Source: a virus. Taken from it: 64,000 nt of DNA. The stretch is taken from IMG/VR virus record IMGVR_UViG_3300040811_000687; one strand, given 5' to 3'. How positions within the stretch are numbered: position 1 is the first letter of the stretch; every line of letters starts with the position of its first letter. Shown here in pieces: positions 1 through 9,344 of this stretch. Under the pieces are notes generated by a model, which searched no databases, was not told the DNA's origin, and saw nothing but the letters and a program-made list of their open reading frames with translations. The position numbers and the translations under genes were made by a program.

Positions 1-395
1 ACACTGGATCAAAAGGTGACATTGGTTACACTGGATCTTTAGGTTTCACAGGATCAAAAGGTGATATAGGTTACACAGGATCAAAAGGTGACATTGGTTA
101 CACTGGATCTGAAGGTAATCTTGATATCACAACTTCATCTACTCCGCCAACATCTGGCGTAGGCGAAGGTGATATTTGGGTAGACAGCGCAACTGGTGTA
201 CAATACTTTTACTACAACGATGGTAACAGTACACAATGGGTAGAGCTTTCTAACCAAGGTGTTGTTGGATTTACAGGATCACAAGGTGCTCAAGTAGACA
301 CTGTTGATTCAAGTAACTTCAGCTCAGCTGTAACTTTACTAATCAAAAATAGTTCAGGTACTACATTAAAAACAATCATAGGTAACGCTACATAA
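1..395 (+). CDS. 3' end of collagen-like (G-X-Y, GYTGSKGDI repeats) tail fibre/virion protein, partial
   Basis: Frame 3 is open from the window start: TGSKGDIGYTGSLGFTGSKGDIGYTGSKGDIGYTGSEG...GDIWVDSATGVQYFYYNDGNSTQWV...GNAT, stop TAA 393-395. Not in the ORF track. Confidence 0.8.
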   Translation, partial: TGSKGDIGYTGSLGFTGSKGDIGYTGSKGDIGYTGSEGNLDITTSSTPPTSGVGEGDIWVDSATGVQYFYYNDGNSTQWVELSNQGVVGFTGSQGAQVDTVDSSNFSSAVTLLIKNSSGTTLKTIIGNAT

Positions 396-428
396 TAAGT
401 AGAGCAAATTAAAAGGAGAAAATAAATT

Positions 429-1358
429 ATGGCAACAAGAAACCCATTAGTATACAGCAGTGGAAATCTAGTTGAAATGACTTCAGCTCAAGTTGACGCA
501 GTTATAGATAATATTGTTTATCAATATTCTTTATCGCCGTCAGTTACGTTATCAGTAGTAGGTTCAAGTGGCTCTTTAGGAGCAATTTCTGATACAAGAT
601 TACAAGCAGGTGCTATTTCTAATAGTTCTACTAGTTTTCCAGGATCAGGTACAACACAAGACCCTCAAACTGTAACAACAAACTATGATAAAGTAAGTCA
701 AACAGTTGCTTCGGTTACGCCGACAACTGATACAGGTACAACATGGCCGGTATACTACACAAGTGGTGGTGAAATTCATGCTATGCCTTTAGCAGATATT
801 AAGGATACGTTCTTACATCCTGCTATTGATTTACTTACAGCAAGTACAACTACAACGCAACAAGGTGGTACATATTTTGTATCATCTTCAGCGTCTGTTA
901 GTGGTGCTACTGAAGTTAGTGGTTCAAACACACCTATATTCATTGACACAAGAGCCAACACTGGCGCTTATGCTGCTGGATCTATAGGTGACCACGCACA
1001 AGATAACCCAACTACGATTACTAGTTACTATTTACAGAGAGTAAATGGTGCTACGTCATCTTACGAAAATCTATTAAATATAGACGGTACAACTCACTTA
1101 CAACAAACTGGTTCATCTTTTGATACTTTGTGTCAAGAGTGGATTAGAGCGACTGCAAGTGCTTCAGTAGACGGATATACGATTAGATACAACTTTAATG
1201 GTTCAGGTACTACAAGAGGTACAGGTATGGCTAACACTATACTTGATGGCTCTAGTTACAATACTAGACAAGTTGGTGATGACTATAGAGCGCAAGAGTT
1301 TCCAGCAGGTTCGGTAACGACAGCTGCAACTCACACGCTAAAGATTGTTAAAGCATAA
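429..1358 (+). CDS. Ser/Thr-rich virion structural protein (fibre/baseplate region)
   Basis: AAGGAG RBS, S/T/G-rich composition, lies among fibre genes. Confidence 0.6.
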   Translation: MATRNPLVYSSGNLVEMTSAQVDAVIDNIVYQYSLSPSVTLSVVGSSGSLGAISDTRLQAGAISNSSTSFPGSGTTQDPQTVTTNYDKVSQTVASVTPTTDTGTTWPVYYTSGGEIHAMPLADIKDTFLHPAIDLLTASTTTTQQGGTYFVSSSASVSGATEVSGSNTPIFIDTRANTGAYAAGSIGDHAQDNPTTITSYYLQRVNGATSSYENLLNIDGTTHLQQTGSSFDTLCQEWIRATASASVDGYTIRYNFNGSGTTRGTGMANTILDGSSYNTRQVGDDYRAQEFPAGSVTTAATHTLKIVKA

Positions 1359-1387
1359 TAATCTATAGTAATCAAAGGTGCAAAATT

Positions 1388-1419
1388 AACCCCCGGAGCC
1401 TAGGTTTCGGGGGTTTTTT
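1388..1419 (+). terminator. Rho-independent terminator
   Basis: CCCCCGGAGCC-TA-GGTTTCGGGGG hairpin followed by a T run. Confidence 0.8.
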
Positions 1420-1445
1420 ATTGGAAAATAACTTGTTTAAAATGT

Positions 1446-1462
1446 TATAAATATTATAAATA
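1446..1462 (+). promoter_or_regulatory. Tandem T4-type late promoters (TATAAATA x2)
   Basis: TATAAATA at 1446-1453 and 1455-1462 upstream of the fibre gene. Confidence 0.75.
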
Positions 1463-1496
1463 TGGTGATAGAACAAATAGAAGGAACAAAATTTAA

Positions 1497-3968
1497 ATGC
1501 CAACAATAAACTTTCCATCAGGTCCGTCTCTAAACGATACATATAATTTAGGTTTACGTACATGGAAATGGAATGGGGACGCATGGGCTTTAGAACCATT
1601 AACAGGTGGATTTACAGGATCACAAGGTTATACAGGATCAGTTGGTATAGGTTATACAGGATCAGTTGGTATAGGTTACACTGGTTCATCAGGTTATACA
1701 GGATCTAATATTGTTTTATTAGACGAAACACAAACTTTAACAAATAAAACACTTACAACACCAGATGTTAATACATCATTGAAAATGGTTAGTAGTGGAC
1801 AATTACAATTCAGAGATAATCAATCGTATATTTCAGAAAATGGTGGAATTATGTTATTTAACGCCGCGGCAGGACGTGGAGTTAGAATGTTCTCTGCCGG
1901 TGCTGAAAGAGTTGCTGTATCATATGCTGGTGACTTAGAATTAAAAGCAGGTACAGATATAATCTTTGAAGGATCAACAGCAAACGATTTTGAAACAACA
2001 CTAACGGTTACTGACCCAACAGCAGACAGAAATATAACATTACCTGACTCAAGTGGTACAGTTGTACTAGCAGACACTACTGACACATTAACAAATAAAA
2101 CACTTACTAGTCCAAACATAAACGAAGCAGTTGCGTTGACTGCTACTGCTACGGAACTTAACTATTTGGATGGTGTTACTGGTATTACATTAGGTACTGC
2201 TAACGAATTACTTGTTGTTGGTAGTGATGGTTCTAGTATTGCAAGCGATAGCACTTTAGCAGTTGATACTAGCAATAATAGATTAGGTATCAATCAATCC
2301 TCACCTGAAGTAACATTACATATGACAGGCGAAGATGCTCAAACAGCACAAATTCGTATGGAACAGTACAATGATAGTGCTGACGCTCCAGATGTAAGAA
2401 CAAGAAGATACAGAGGTACAATTGCCTCACCAAGTGCCGTATCATCAGGCGATTATCTATTTAGAAGTAACCACGAATACTATAATGGTTCATCACTTAT
2501 TGTCGGTGGTAGTTTTGCTTTTGATAACACTAACAATGCCAATAGAACACAGTTTGCTGTTTCAGTTAACACAGATGGTACATCAGCGGATCCTAATATC
2601 GCAAGTAAAACACAATTTAAGATTGATGGTAATGATAGTGGTGCTATTACATTCAACAACGCATACAAGTTTCCAACAATTGATGGTAACGCTAATCAAG
2701 TTTTAAAAACAGATGGTTCAGGAAATTTATCTTTTACAGATGTTTCTGGTGGATCTGGTGGAACTTCTTGGCAATCAACTATCGTAACAGGAACAACTTT
2801 AACAGCAGTAGCTGGAAATGGTTATTGGATTAACACAACATCAAATGCTTGTACTGTTACACTTCCTGCTTCAGCAAGTGTTGGAGATTCAATTCAAATA
2901 GTAGATTACGCAGGTACTTTTGCCACAAACAATATTACATTAACTTCTAGTTTAAATATAGAAGGTGGAACAAGTGATAAATTTTTAACTACCAACAGAG
3001 AAGGCGTAACCATAACTTACGCAGATGCTACTCAAGGTTGGGTTGCAACATCTGGAGTTAATTCAGGCGACCAAGGAATAGACCCAACTAATTCAGCTAT
3101 TATAGCAGACTTTTTAGTTATTGCTGGAGGTGGTGGGGGTGGCTCAAGTGGTCAAGTTGATACAGCTGGTGGTGGTGGAGGTGCTGGTGGTTACAGAAAT
3201 TCTTATTCCACAGAAAGTTCTGGTGGAGGTGGTTCTTCTGAAACATCTTTAAATTTAACTACTGGAACAACTTATACAATAACAGTTGGTGCTGGTGGTG
3301 GAGGTGGTGCAGGAGGAGCTGCTGGCTCAGTTTGGAATCAAGGTGCTACTGGTTCTAATTCTATTATATCTGGTTCTGATATTACAACAATTACTTCATC
3401 AGGTGGTGGTGGAGGTGGAACATATTATGATGGTGGTATTGCTGGTGGTTCTGGTGGTGGTGGAGGTGCTTTTACTGCTCAAACAGGTGGAAGTGGAACA
3501 TCTAATCAAGGTTTTTCTGGTCAAACTACTTCTTCTCAAGGACAAAATTCAGGTCAAATAGCTGGTGGAGGAGGTGGAGCTTCTGAAGCTGGAGGTACAG
3601 ATGGTGCTGGTCATGGAGGAGATGGATTATCTTCTTCTATAACTGGTTCGTCAGTATCTAGAGGTGCTGGTGGTGGAGGTGCTGGAAACGTATCAAGTAG
3701 TGGAGGAACTGGTGGAGGTGGTGATGGAAAAAATTCATCTGGAGCTGGTAATGGTACTGCTGGAACAACAAATACTGGTAGTGGTGGAGGTGGTGCATAT
3801 ACAGGCAATTCAGGTAGTCATTCAGGAGGAGCAGGAGGTTCAGGTGTCGTAATTTTAAGATTACCAACATCACAATATTCTGGCACAACAACAGGTTCTC
3901 CAACTGTTACAACAGATGGAACAGACACAATATTAATTTATAACGCAAGTGGGAGTTACACAGCATAA
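1497..3968 (+). CDS. Mosaic tail fibre-like protein with GYTGS repeats and a C-terminal glycine-rich domain
   Basis: N-terminal NFPSGP..WKWNG module, GYTGS repeats, TLTNKTLT repeats, poly-Gly C-terminus ending in GGSGVVILR. Confidence 0.75.
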   Translation: MPTINFPSGPSLNDTYNLGLRTWKWNGDAWALEPLTGGFTGSQGYTGSVGIGYTGSVGIGYTGSSGYTGSNIVLLDETQTLTNKTLTTPDVNTSLKMVSSGQLQFRDNQSYISENGGIMLFNAAAGRGVRMFSAGAERVAVSYAGDLELKAGTDIIFEGSTANDFETTLTVTDPTADRNITLPDSSGTVVLADTTDTLTNKTLTSPNINEAVALTATATELNYLDGVTGITLGTANELLVVGSDGSSIASDSTLAVDTSNNRLGINQSSPEVTLHMTGEDAQTAQIRMEQYNDSADAPDVRTRRYRGTIASPSAVSSGDYLFRSNHEYYNGSSLIVGGSFAFDNTNNANRTQFAVSVNTDGTSADPNIASKTQFKIDGNDSGAITFNNAYKFPTIDGNANQVLKTDGSGNLSFTDVSGGSGGTSWQSTIVTGTTLTAVAGNGYWINTTSNACTVTLPASASVGDSIQIVDYAGTFATNNITLTSSLNIEGGTSDKFLTTNREGVTITYADATQGWVATSGVNSGDQGIDPTNSAIIADFLVIAGGGGGGSSGQVDTAGGGGGAGGYRNSYSTESSGGGGSSETSLNLTTGTTYTITVGAGGGGGAGGAAGSVWNQGATGSNSIISGSDITTITSSGGGGGGTYYDGGIAGGSGGGGGAFTAQTGGSGTSNQGFSGQTTSSQGQNSGQIAGGGGGASEAGGTDGAGHGGDGLSSSITGSSVSRGAGGGGAGNVSSSGGTGGGGDGKNSSGAGNGTAGTTNTGSGGGGAYTGNSGSHSGGAGGSGVVILRLPTSQYSGTTTGSPTVTTDGTDTILIYNASGSYTA
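1626..1673 (+). repeat. Exact 24-bp tandem duplication (GYTGSVGI x2)
   Basis: ggttatacaggatcagttggtata at 1626-1649 and 1650-1673. Confidence 0.9.
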
Positions 3969-4345
3969 TGGCACATTTCGCAAAATTAGGAGTTGGTAAT
4001 ATAATTGAAAGAGTTGAAGTAGTATCAAATGATATTGCAACAACTGAACAAGCAGGAATAGATTTTTTAAATAATTTATATAATTCAAGAGATGTTTGGA
4101 AACAGACTTCTTATAATACTTATGGTGGAGAACATAGATTAGGTGGAACACCATTTAGAAAAAATTATGCTGGAGTTGGTTATTCTTATGACCAAACTAG
4201 AGACGCTTTCATATCACCTAAACCTTTTAATAGTTGGATATTAAATGAAACAACTTGTCTTTGGGAAGCACCAGTTGCTTATCCAGATGATGATAACGAC
4301 TATACTTGGAATGAATCAACACAAACTTGGGATTTAGTTGAATAG
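3968..4345 (+). CDS. Conserved phage protein that follows Gly-rich fibre genes (possible fibre chaperone)
   Basis: MAHFAK...WKQTSYN...FRKNYAG.GY.YD...DAFI.PKP pattern; start overlaps the fibre gene stop. Confidence 0.65.
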   Translation: MAHFAKLGVGNIIERVEVVSNDIATTEQAGIDFLNNLYNSRDVWKQTSYNTYGGEHRLGGTPFRKNYAGVGYSYDQTRDAFISPKPFNSWILNETTCLWEAPVAYPDDDNDYTWNESTQTWDLVE

Positions 4346-4378
4346 TATAAAGGATTAAAAAAAAGGATAAATATAAAC

Positions 4379-5191
4379 ATGGCAACTCCAACAACAAGAG
4401 AAGAATTAAAAGACTACGCTTTAAGAGCATTAGGTCAACCTGTTATAGAAATTAACGTTGACAATGATCAATTAGAGGATAGATTAGATGAAGCTTTACA
4501 ATATTATTCTCAATATCATATGAATGCAATAAGAAGATGTTACTTAAAATATGAGTATACACAAGCTGATTATGATAGAATTGTTACTAACGGAGACGTA
4601 GCAGAATCACAAACTAAAAATTCGGTAACTACAACATGGAAAGAAAATCAAAATTTTATAGTAGTTCCTGAATCAGTTATATCTGTCACTAATTTATTTC
4701 CTTTTTCAAGTAAAGGAAGTTTGAATTTATTTGATGTAAGATATCAGATGAGACTAAATGATCTCTATGATTTTTCTTCAACATCGGTAGTTAACTATGA
4801 TCTTGTGATGAGACAGTTAGACTTTTTAGATCACATTTTAGTTGGTGAAAAACCATTAAGATTTAATCAAAACGATAATAAATTATTCATTGATATGGAT
4901 TGGAAAGAAGATTTACAAGTAGGTGAATTTTTAGTAATAGATTGTTTTAGAAAATTAGATCCAGAAACATTTACAGATGTATATAATGACCAATGGTTAA
5001 AAAGATATGTCACAACACTATTTAAAAAACAATGGGGAGCAAACCTATCTAAATTCAATGGCGTTGCTATGGTGGGTGGTGTGACTCTTAACGGAGGTCA
5101 AATATATTCTGAATCACTACAAGAGTGTGAAAAATTAGAAACAGAAATACGTACAACGTTTGAAGAGCCTCATAACTTTCTAATAGGATAA
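4379..5191 (+). CDS. gp13: Neck protein gp13
   Basis: LKDYALRALGQPVIEINV, KKQWGANLSKFNGV..GGVTLNG motifs; synteny. Confidence 0.93.
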   Translation: MATPTTREELKDYALRALGQPVIEINVDNDQLEDRLDEALQYYSQYHMNAIRRCYLKYEYTQADYDRIVTNGDVAESQTKNSVTTTWKENQNFIVVPESVISVTNLFPFSSKGSLNLFDVRYQMRLNDLYDFSSTSVVNYDLVMRQLDFLDHILVGEKPLRFNQNDNKLFIDMDWKEDLQVGEFLVIDCFRKLDPETFTDVYNDQWLKRYVTTLFKKQWGANLSKFNGVAMVGGVTLNGGQIYSESLQECEKLETEIRTTFEEPHNFLIG

Positions 5192-5196
5192 AAACT

Positions 5197-6003
5197 ATGG
5201 TAATAATGAATCCATACTTTCAGCACGGAGATGGCATCGGAAATGCATCCGAAAAATATCTATACGAAGATTTAATCATAGAAGGATTAAAAATATATGG
5301 TAATTTAATTTACTATATGCCGAGAGAAATTGTAAACAGAGATTTAGTATTAGGTGAAGACGTTAATAGTAAATTTAAAAATGCTTTTCCTATTGAAATG
5401 TATTTTGAAACTACTGAAGGATTTGCTGGTCAACAAGAATTAATCAATAAGTTTGGATTAGAAATTAGAGAAGATACTACATTGATGGTATCTAAAAGAC
5501 GTTTTCATAATAAGATAGACATTAAAACAGAATTAAATGTAAAAGGTAGACCAAACGAAGGAGATATATTATTTTTTCCTTTGATGAACAGTTTCTTTGA
5601 AATTCAATTTGTAGAAGATCAGGAACCTTTTTTTCAATTAGGTAACTTACCTGTTTACAAATTAAGAGTTACACGTTGGGAATATTCAAACGAAGAAATA
5701 GATGTCGGAATAAATGACATTGATAAAAGAGAAAGAGAAAATTCAGTTAATCTATTAGTAGACAGAGTGCGTTTAGAAAACGAAGCTGGTAGTATGCAAC
5801 TAGAACAAGATGATGAATCATCTGGTAATGCTAACTTCTTATTAAACGAAGAATATGACGCCACAGAAACTACAGTAGAAACTCAATCAGATTATGCACA
5901 AAATTTAGATTTAGATACAGCGGCCGGTTTTGATACTGCTTCTGTAGCAGATGACGTACTAGACTTTACAGAAAGAAATCCATTTGGGGAGGTAGACATT
6001 TAA
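5197..6003 (+). CDS. gp14: Neck protein gp14
   Basis: YMPRE, KFGLEIR, RPNEGDILFFP, PFFQLG, NPFGE motifs. Confidence 0.93.
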   Translation: MVIMNPYFQHGDGIGNASEKYLYEDLIIEGLKIYGNLIYYMPREIVNRDLVLGEDVNSKFKNAFPIEMYFETTEGFAGQQELINKFGLEIREDTTLMVSKRRFHNKIDIKTELNVKGRPNEGDILFFPLMNSFFEIQFVEDQEPFFQLGNLPVYKLRVTRWEYSNEEIDVGINDIDKRERENSVNLLVDRVRLENEAGSMQLEQDDESSGNANFLLNEEYDATETTVETQSDYAQNLDLDTAAGFDTASVADDVLDFTERNPFGEVDI

Positions 6004-6182
6004 TGGAAAGAGATAGACATAGACAATTACATGAGTTTCATAATAAAACTTTAAAACAAAAAAAACAAATGGAACTATCAAAAAATTTAAAAAAAGAAGT
6101 AAATACCGGTGCAAACGGCACACAAAAATATGTAATTAAAGAAGGAATTAACAAAGGTAAGATAGCCAATAAAGGACAATAA
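6003..6182 (+). CDS. Small basic hypothetical protein (59 aa)
   Basis: MERDRHRQLHEF...GINKGKIANKGQ; overlaps both neighbours via TAATG junctions; below the ORF-track cutoff. Confidence 0.65.
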   Translation: MERDRHRQLHEFHNKTLKQKKQMELSKNLKKEVNTGANGTQKYVIKEGINKGKIANKGQ

Positions 6183-7126
6183 TGTTTGGAACACCGTTTT
6201 ACAATGAAGGATTAAGAAAGATTATTATTGCTTTCGGACAACTATTTAATAATATAGTTATTGAAAGTACTAATAAGGATACTGGTGCTGTACTAAAAAG
6301 AATAAAAGTTCCTTTAGCATATGCTCCTAAAGAAAAGTTTTTAGTCCGTTTAGATGAACAAAAAGATTTAGATGATAGATCAATGGCATTAACTTTACCT
6401 AGAATAGGTTTTGAAATATCAGGATTATCATATGACCCTAGTAGAAAATTAACAAGGGTTCAAAAATATAGAACGGAAAAAACACCATTGACAAGAGATC
6501 AATCTGTTGCTAAAATGGACAGAGTATATATGGAAGATGATAGTGGTCATATTCAGTTTGAAAAAGCAAATGTTACAACAGGATATGCTGAATATCCATT
6601 ATTAGAAACATCGCCAACAGATTTTGAAGATTCAAAAAAACAAAGTTTTAATTATACACCTGTACCATATAACATAAGTTTAAATGTTTATGCTTTTACA
6701 GCAACTGCTGAAAATGGTTTACAAATTGTAGAACAAATATTACCTTTCTTTCAACCAGATTATACAGTAACAGTAAATGTTATGCCTGATATGAATATAA
6801 AAAGAGACGTACCTATTATTCTAAACAGTGTAAACTATGAAGACAGCTATGATGGTGCATTTACAAATAGAAGAGCAGTAATATACTCAATGAATTTCAC
6901 TGCTAAAACATATCTATTTGGGCCTACAACTAATCAAGGTGTTATTAAAAAAGTACAAGCAGATTTATATGCTGATACGGAAAACTCTCCGCCAAGAGAA
7001 GAAAGAATTACAGTTGTACCAGATCCAGTATCAGCTGATGTGAATGATGATTTTGGATTTACAACAACAATAGAAAATTTTACTGACGGTAAAAAATATA
7101 ACGTGAAGACAGGAAGTGATGAATAA
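6182..7126 (+). CDS. gp15: Tail sheath stabiliser/terminator gp15
   Basis: IKVPLAYAPKEKF, LPRIGFE, PVPYN, QIVEQILPFFQP motifs. Confidence 0.93.
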   Translation: MFGTPFYNEGLRKIIIAFGQLFNNIVIESTNKDTGAVLKRIKVPLAYAPKEKFLVRLDEQKDLDDRSMALTLPRIGFEISGLSYDPSRKLTRVQKYRTEKTPLTRDQSVAKMDRVYMEDDSGHIQFEKANVTTGYAEYPLLETSPTDFEDSKKQSFNYTPVPYNISLNVYAFTATAENGLQIVEQILPFFQPDYTVTVNVMPDMNIKRDVPIILNSVNYEDSYDGAFTNRRAVIYSMNFTAKTYLFGPTTNQGVIKKVQADLYADTENSPPREERITVVPDPVSADVNDDFGFTTTIENFTDGKKYNVKTGSDE

Positions 7127-7128
7127 TT

Positions 7129-7593
7129 ATGGCCAAACTAGAAGACAAGGTAAATGAAATTCTAGGTATTGAAAGTATACCTGAAGCTACACAACCAAAA
7201 GAATTTAAACCACCTGTGGAAAGACCAAAAGGTGATGTAGAAATAAAAACAGAAAAAGATATCAATCAAGATTACGCTTATAGTAGAGATAGTTATTACA
7301 ATCTAATAGATAAAGGTCAAGAAGCCATTGATGGAATATTAGAGATAGCAAAAGAAGGCCAACACCCTAGAGCATATGAGGTTGCAGGTCAATTGTTAGG
7401 ACAAGTTGCAACTACAGTTGATAAGTTACAAGACTTACAAAAAAAATTAAAAGATTTAAAAGAAGTACCAAAGTCTGCTAGTACAAATGTAAAAAATGCT
7501 CTTTTTGTTGGATCAACTGCCGAGTTACAGAAAATGTTAAATAGGAAAGATGATGATACAATTGAAAAAAATATTACTCCCAAAAAGGAGTAG
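7129..7593 (+). CDS. gp16: Terminase small subunit gp16
   Basis: HPRAYEVAGQL, NALFVGSTAELQKML. Confidence 0.92.
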   Translation: MAKLEDKVNEILGIESIPEATQPKEFKPPVERPKGDVEIKTEKDINQDYAYSRDSYYNLIDKGQEAIDGILEIAKEGQHPRAYEVAGQLLGQVATTVDKLQDLQKKLKDLKEVPKSASTNVKNALFVGSTAELQKMLNRKDDDTIEKNITPKKE

Positions 7594-7596
7594 AAA

Positions 7597-9228
7597 ATGA
7601 GTGAAGCATATTTAGGGAATCCTAACCTTAAAAAGGTTAATACTCCTGTTGAATACTCACAAGATCAAATAGTAGAATACCAGAAATGTGCTGGCAATCC
7701 AATATACTTTATGGAAAAATATATCCGTATTGTATCTCTTGATGAGGGTCTTGTGCCTTTTAAAATGTATGGATTTCAAAAAGATATTGTTCAAAAAATT
7801 CACGATAATAGATTTACTATATGTAAACTACCAAGACAATCAGGAAAATCTACAACAACTATTTCTTATCTATTGCATTATGCATTATTTAATCCAAACT
7901 CTAACATAGCCATACTTGCAAACAAAAGTTCTACTGCTAGAGATATATTGGGTAGACTGCAACTTGCATATGAAAATTTACCAAAATGGTTACAACAAGG
8001 TGTAATAAACTGGAACAAAGGTAATATAGAATTAGAAAATAAATCTACCATTGTTGCGGCTGCCACTTCTTCAAGTGCTATTCGGGGTGGTTCATTTAAT
8101 ATTATCTTTCTTGATGAGTTTGCTTTCGTACCTACTAACATTGCTGAAATGTTTTTTAGTTCAGTTTATCCTACAATATCTGCTGGTACAAGAACTAAAA
8201 TGATTATAGTATCTACACCTTATGGTATGAACATGTACTATAAGATTTGGATGGACGCTATCAATAAAAAAAATGATTACATTCCTATAGAGGTACATTG
8301 GAGTGAGGTGCCAGGCCGTGATGAAGATTGGAAAATACAAACAATACGTAACACAAGTGAAGAACAATTCCAACAAGAGTTTGAGTGTGAGTTTTTAGGT
8401 TCTGTAAATACTTTAATATCAGCTTCTAAAATTAAGGCAACGCCTTATATAACACCTATAAAGTCTGCTCAAGGCGTTGACATATATGAAGATAAAAAAG
8501 AAGGACACACTTATGTGGCTGCTGTTGATGTATCACGTGGTGTAGATAAAGATTATTCTGCCTTTTTAGTATTTGATGTAACTAGTATGCCTTATAAAGT
8601 TGTAGCAAAATATAGAAGTAACGAAATTAAACCTTTTGTATTTCCTAATATAATATCTAGAGTTTGCTTAGCATATAATCAAGCACATATATTAACAGAG
8701 GTAAATGATATAGGCCAACAAGTGGCTGAAGCCTTACAATTTGAAATTGAGTACCCTAATTTATTAATGACAACACAAAAAGGTCGTGCTGGTCAAATAT
8801 TAGGTGCTATGTATAGTGGTCGTGGTTCATCTATGGGTGTTCGTATGACAAAATCTATTAAAAAAGTAGGTTGTTCAAACTTAAAAACATTAATTGAGGG
8901 AGACAAAGTTGTTGTTAATGATTTCAATATCATACAGGAGATGTCAACATTTACTAAAAGAGGTCAAAGTTGGCAGGCCGAAGACGGTTCCAATGATGAT
9001 TTAATGATGTGTTTAGTCATTTTTGGTTGGTTATCTAATCAACCTTATTTTAAGGAGTTGACAAATACCAATGCACGTTTAAAAATGTATGAGGAACAAA
9101 AGAATTTGATAGAACAGGACATGGCACCATTTGGTTTTGTAGACGATGGAGTGACTGATCCTGAAGACGAGGAAGTAGTTGATGAGTACGGTACCAGATG
9201 GTTTCCTGTTTCTAGAAAGGGACAATAG
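7597..9228 (+). CDS. gp17: Terminase large subunit gp17
   Basis: Walker A PRQSGKST, FLDEFAF Walker B, VDVSRG nuclease, NDDLMM. Confidence 0.97.
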   Translation: MSEAYLGNPNLKKVNTPVEYSQDQIVEYQKCAGNPIYFMEKYIRIVSLDEGLVPFKMYGFQKDIVQKIHDNRFTICKLPRQSGKSTTTISYLLHYALFNPNSNIAILANKSSTARDILGRLQLAYENLPKWLQQGVINWNKGNIELENKSTIVAAATSSSAIRGGSFNIIFLDEFAFVPTNIAEMFFSSVYPTISAGTRTKMIIVSTPYGMNMYYKIWMDAINKKNDYIPIEVHWSEVPGRDEDWKIQTIRNTSEEQFQQEFECEFLGSVNTLISASKIKATPYITPIKSAQGVDIYEDKKEGHTYVAAVDVSRGVDKDYSAFLVFDVTSMPYKVVAKYRSNEIKPFVFPNIISRVCLAYNQAHILTEVNDIGQQVAEALQFEIEYPNLLMTTQKGRAGQILGAMYSGRGSSMGVRMTKSIKKVGCSNLKTLIEGDKVVVNDFNIIQEMSTFTKRGQSWQAEDGSNDDLMMCLVIFGWLSNQPYFKELTNTNARLKMYEEQKNLIEQDMAPFGFVDDGVTDPEDEEVVDEYGTRWFPVSRKGQ

Positions 9229-9244
9229 TCTATTTCTAGGTTAT

Positions 9245-9252
9245 TATAAATA
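9245..9252 (+). promoter_or_regulatory. Late promoter
   Basis: TATAAATA upstream of gp18. Confidence 0.75.
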
Positions 9253-9344
9253 TCAGTACTGGCTTTAAATATGGATGTAAGAAAACTTACAAAGATGTGA
9301 ATTATAATATATTAATAATTAGCTAATTAAGAGGAGAATAACCT

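Noticed and set aside
1-1710. CRISPR-like or DGR repeats
   Set aside because: The repeats are in-frame coding repeats with no unique spacers; no cas gene or reverse transcriptase in the window.
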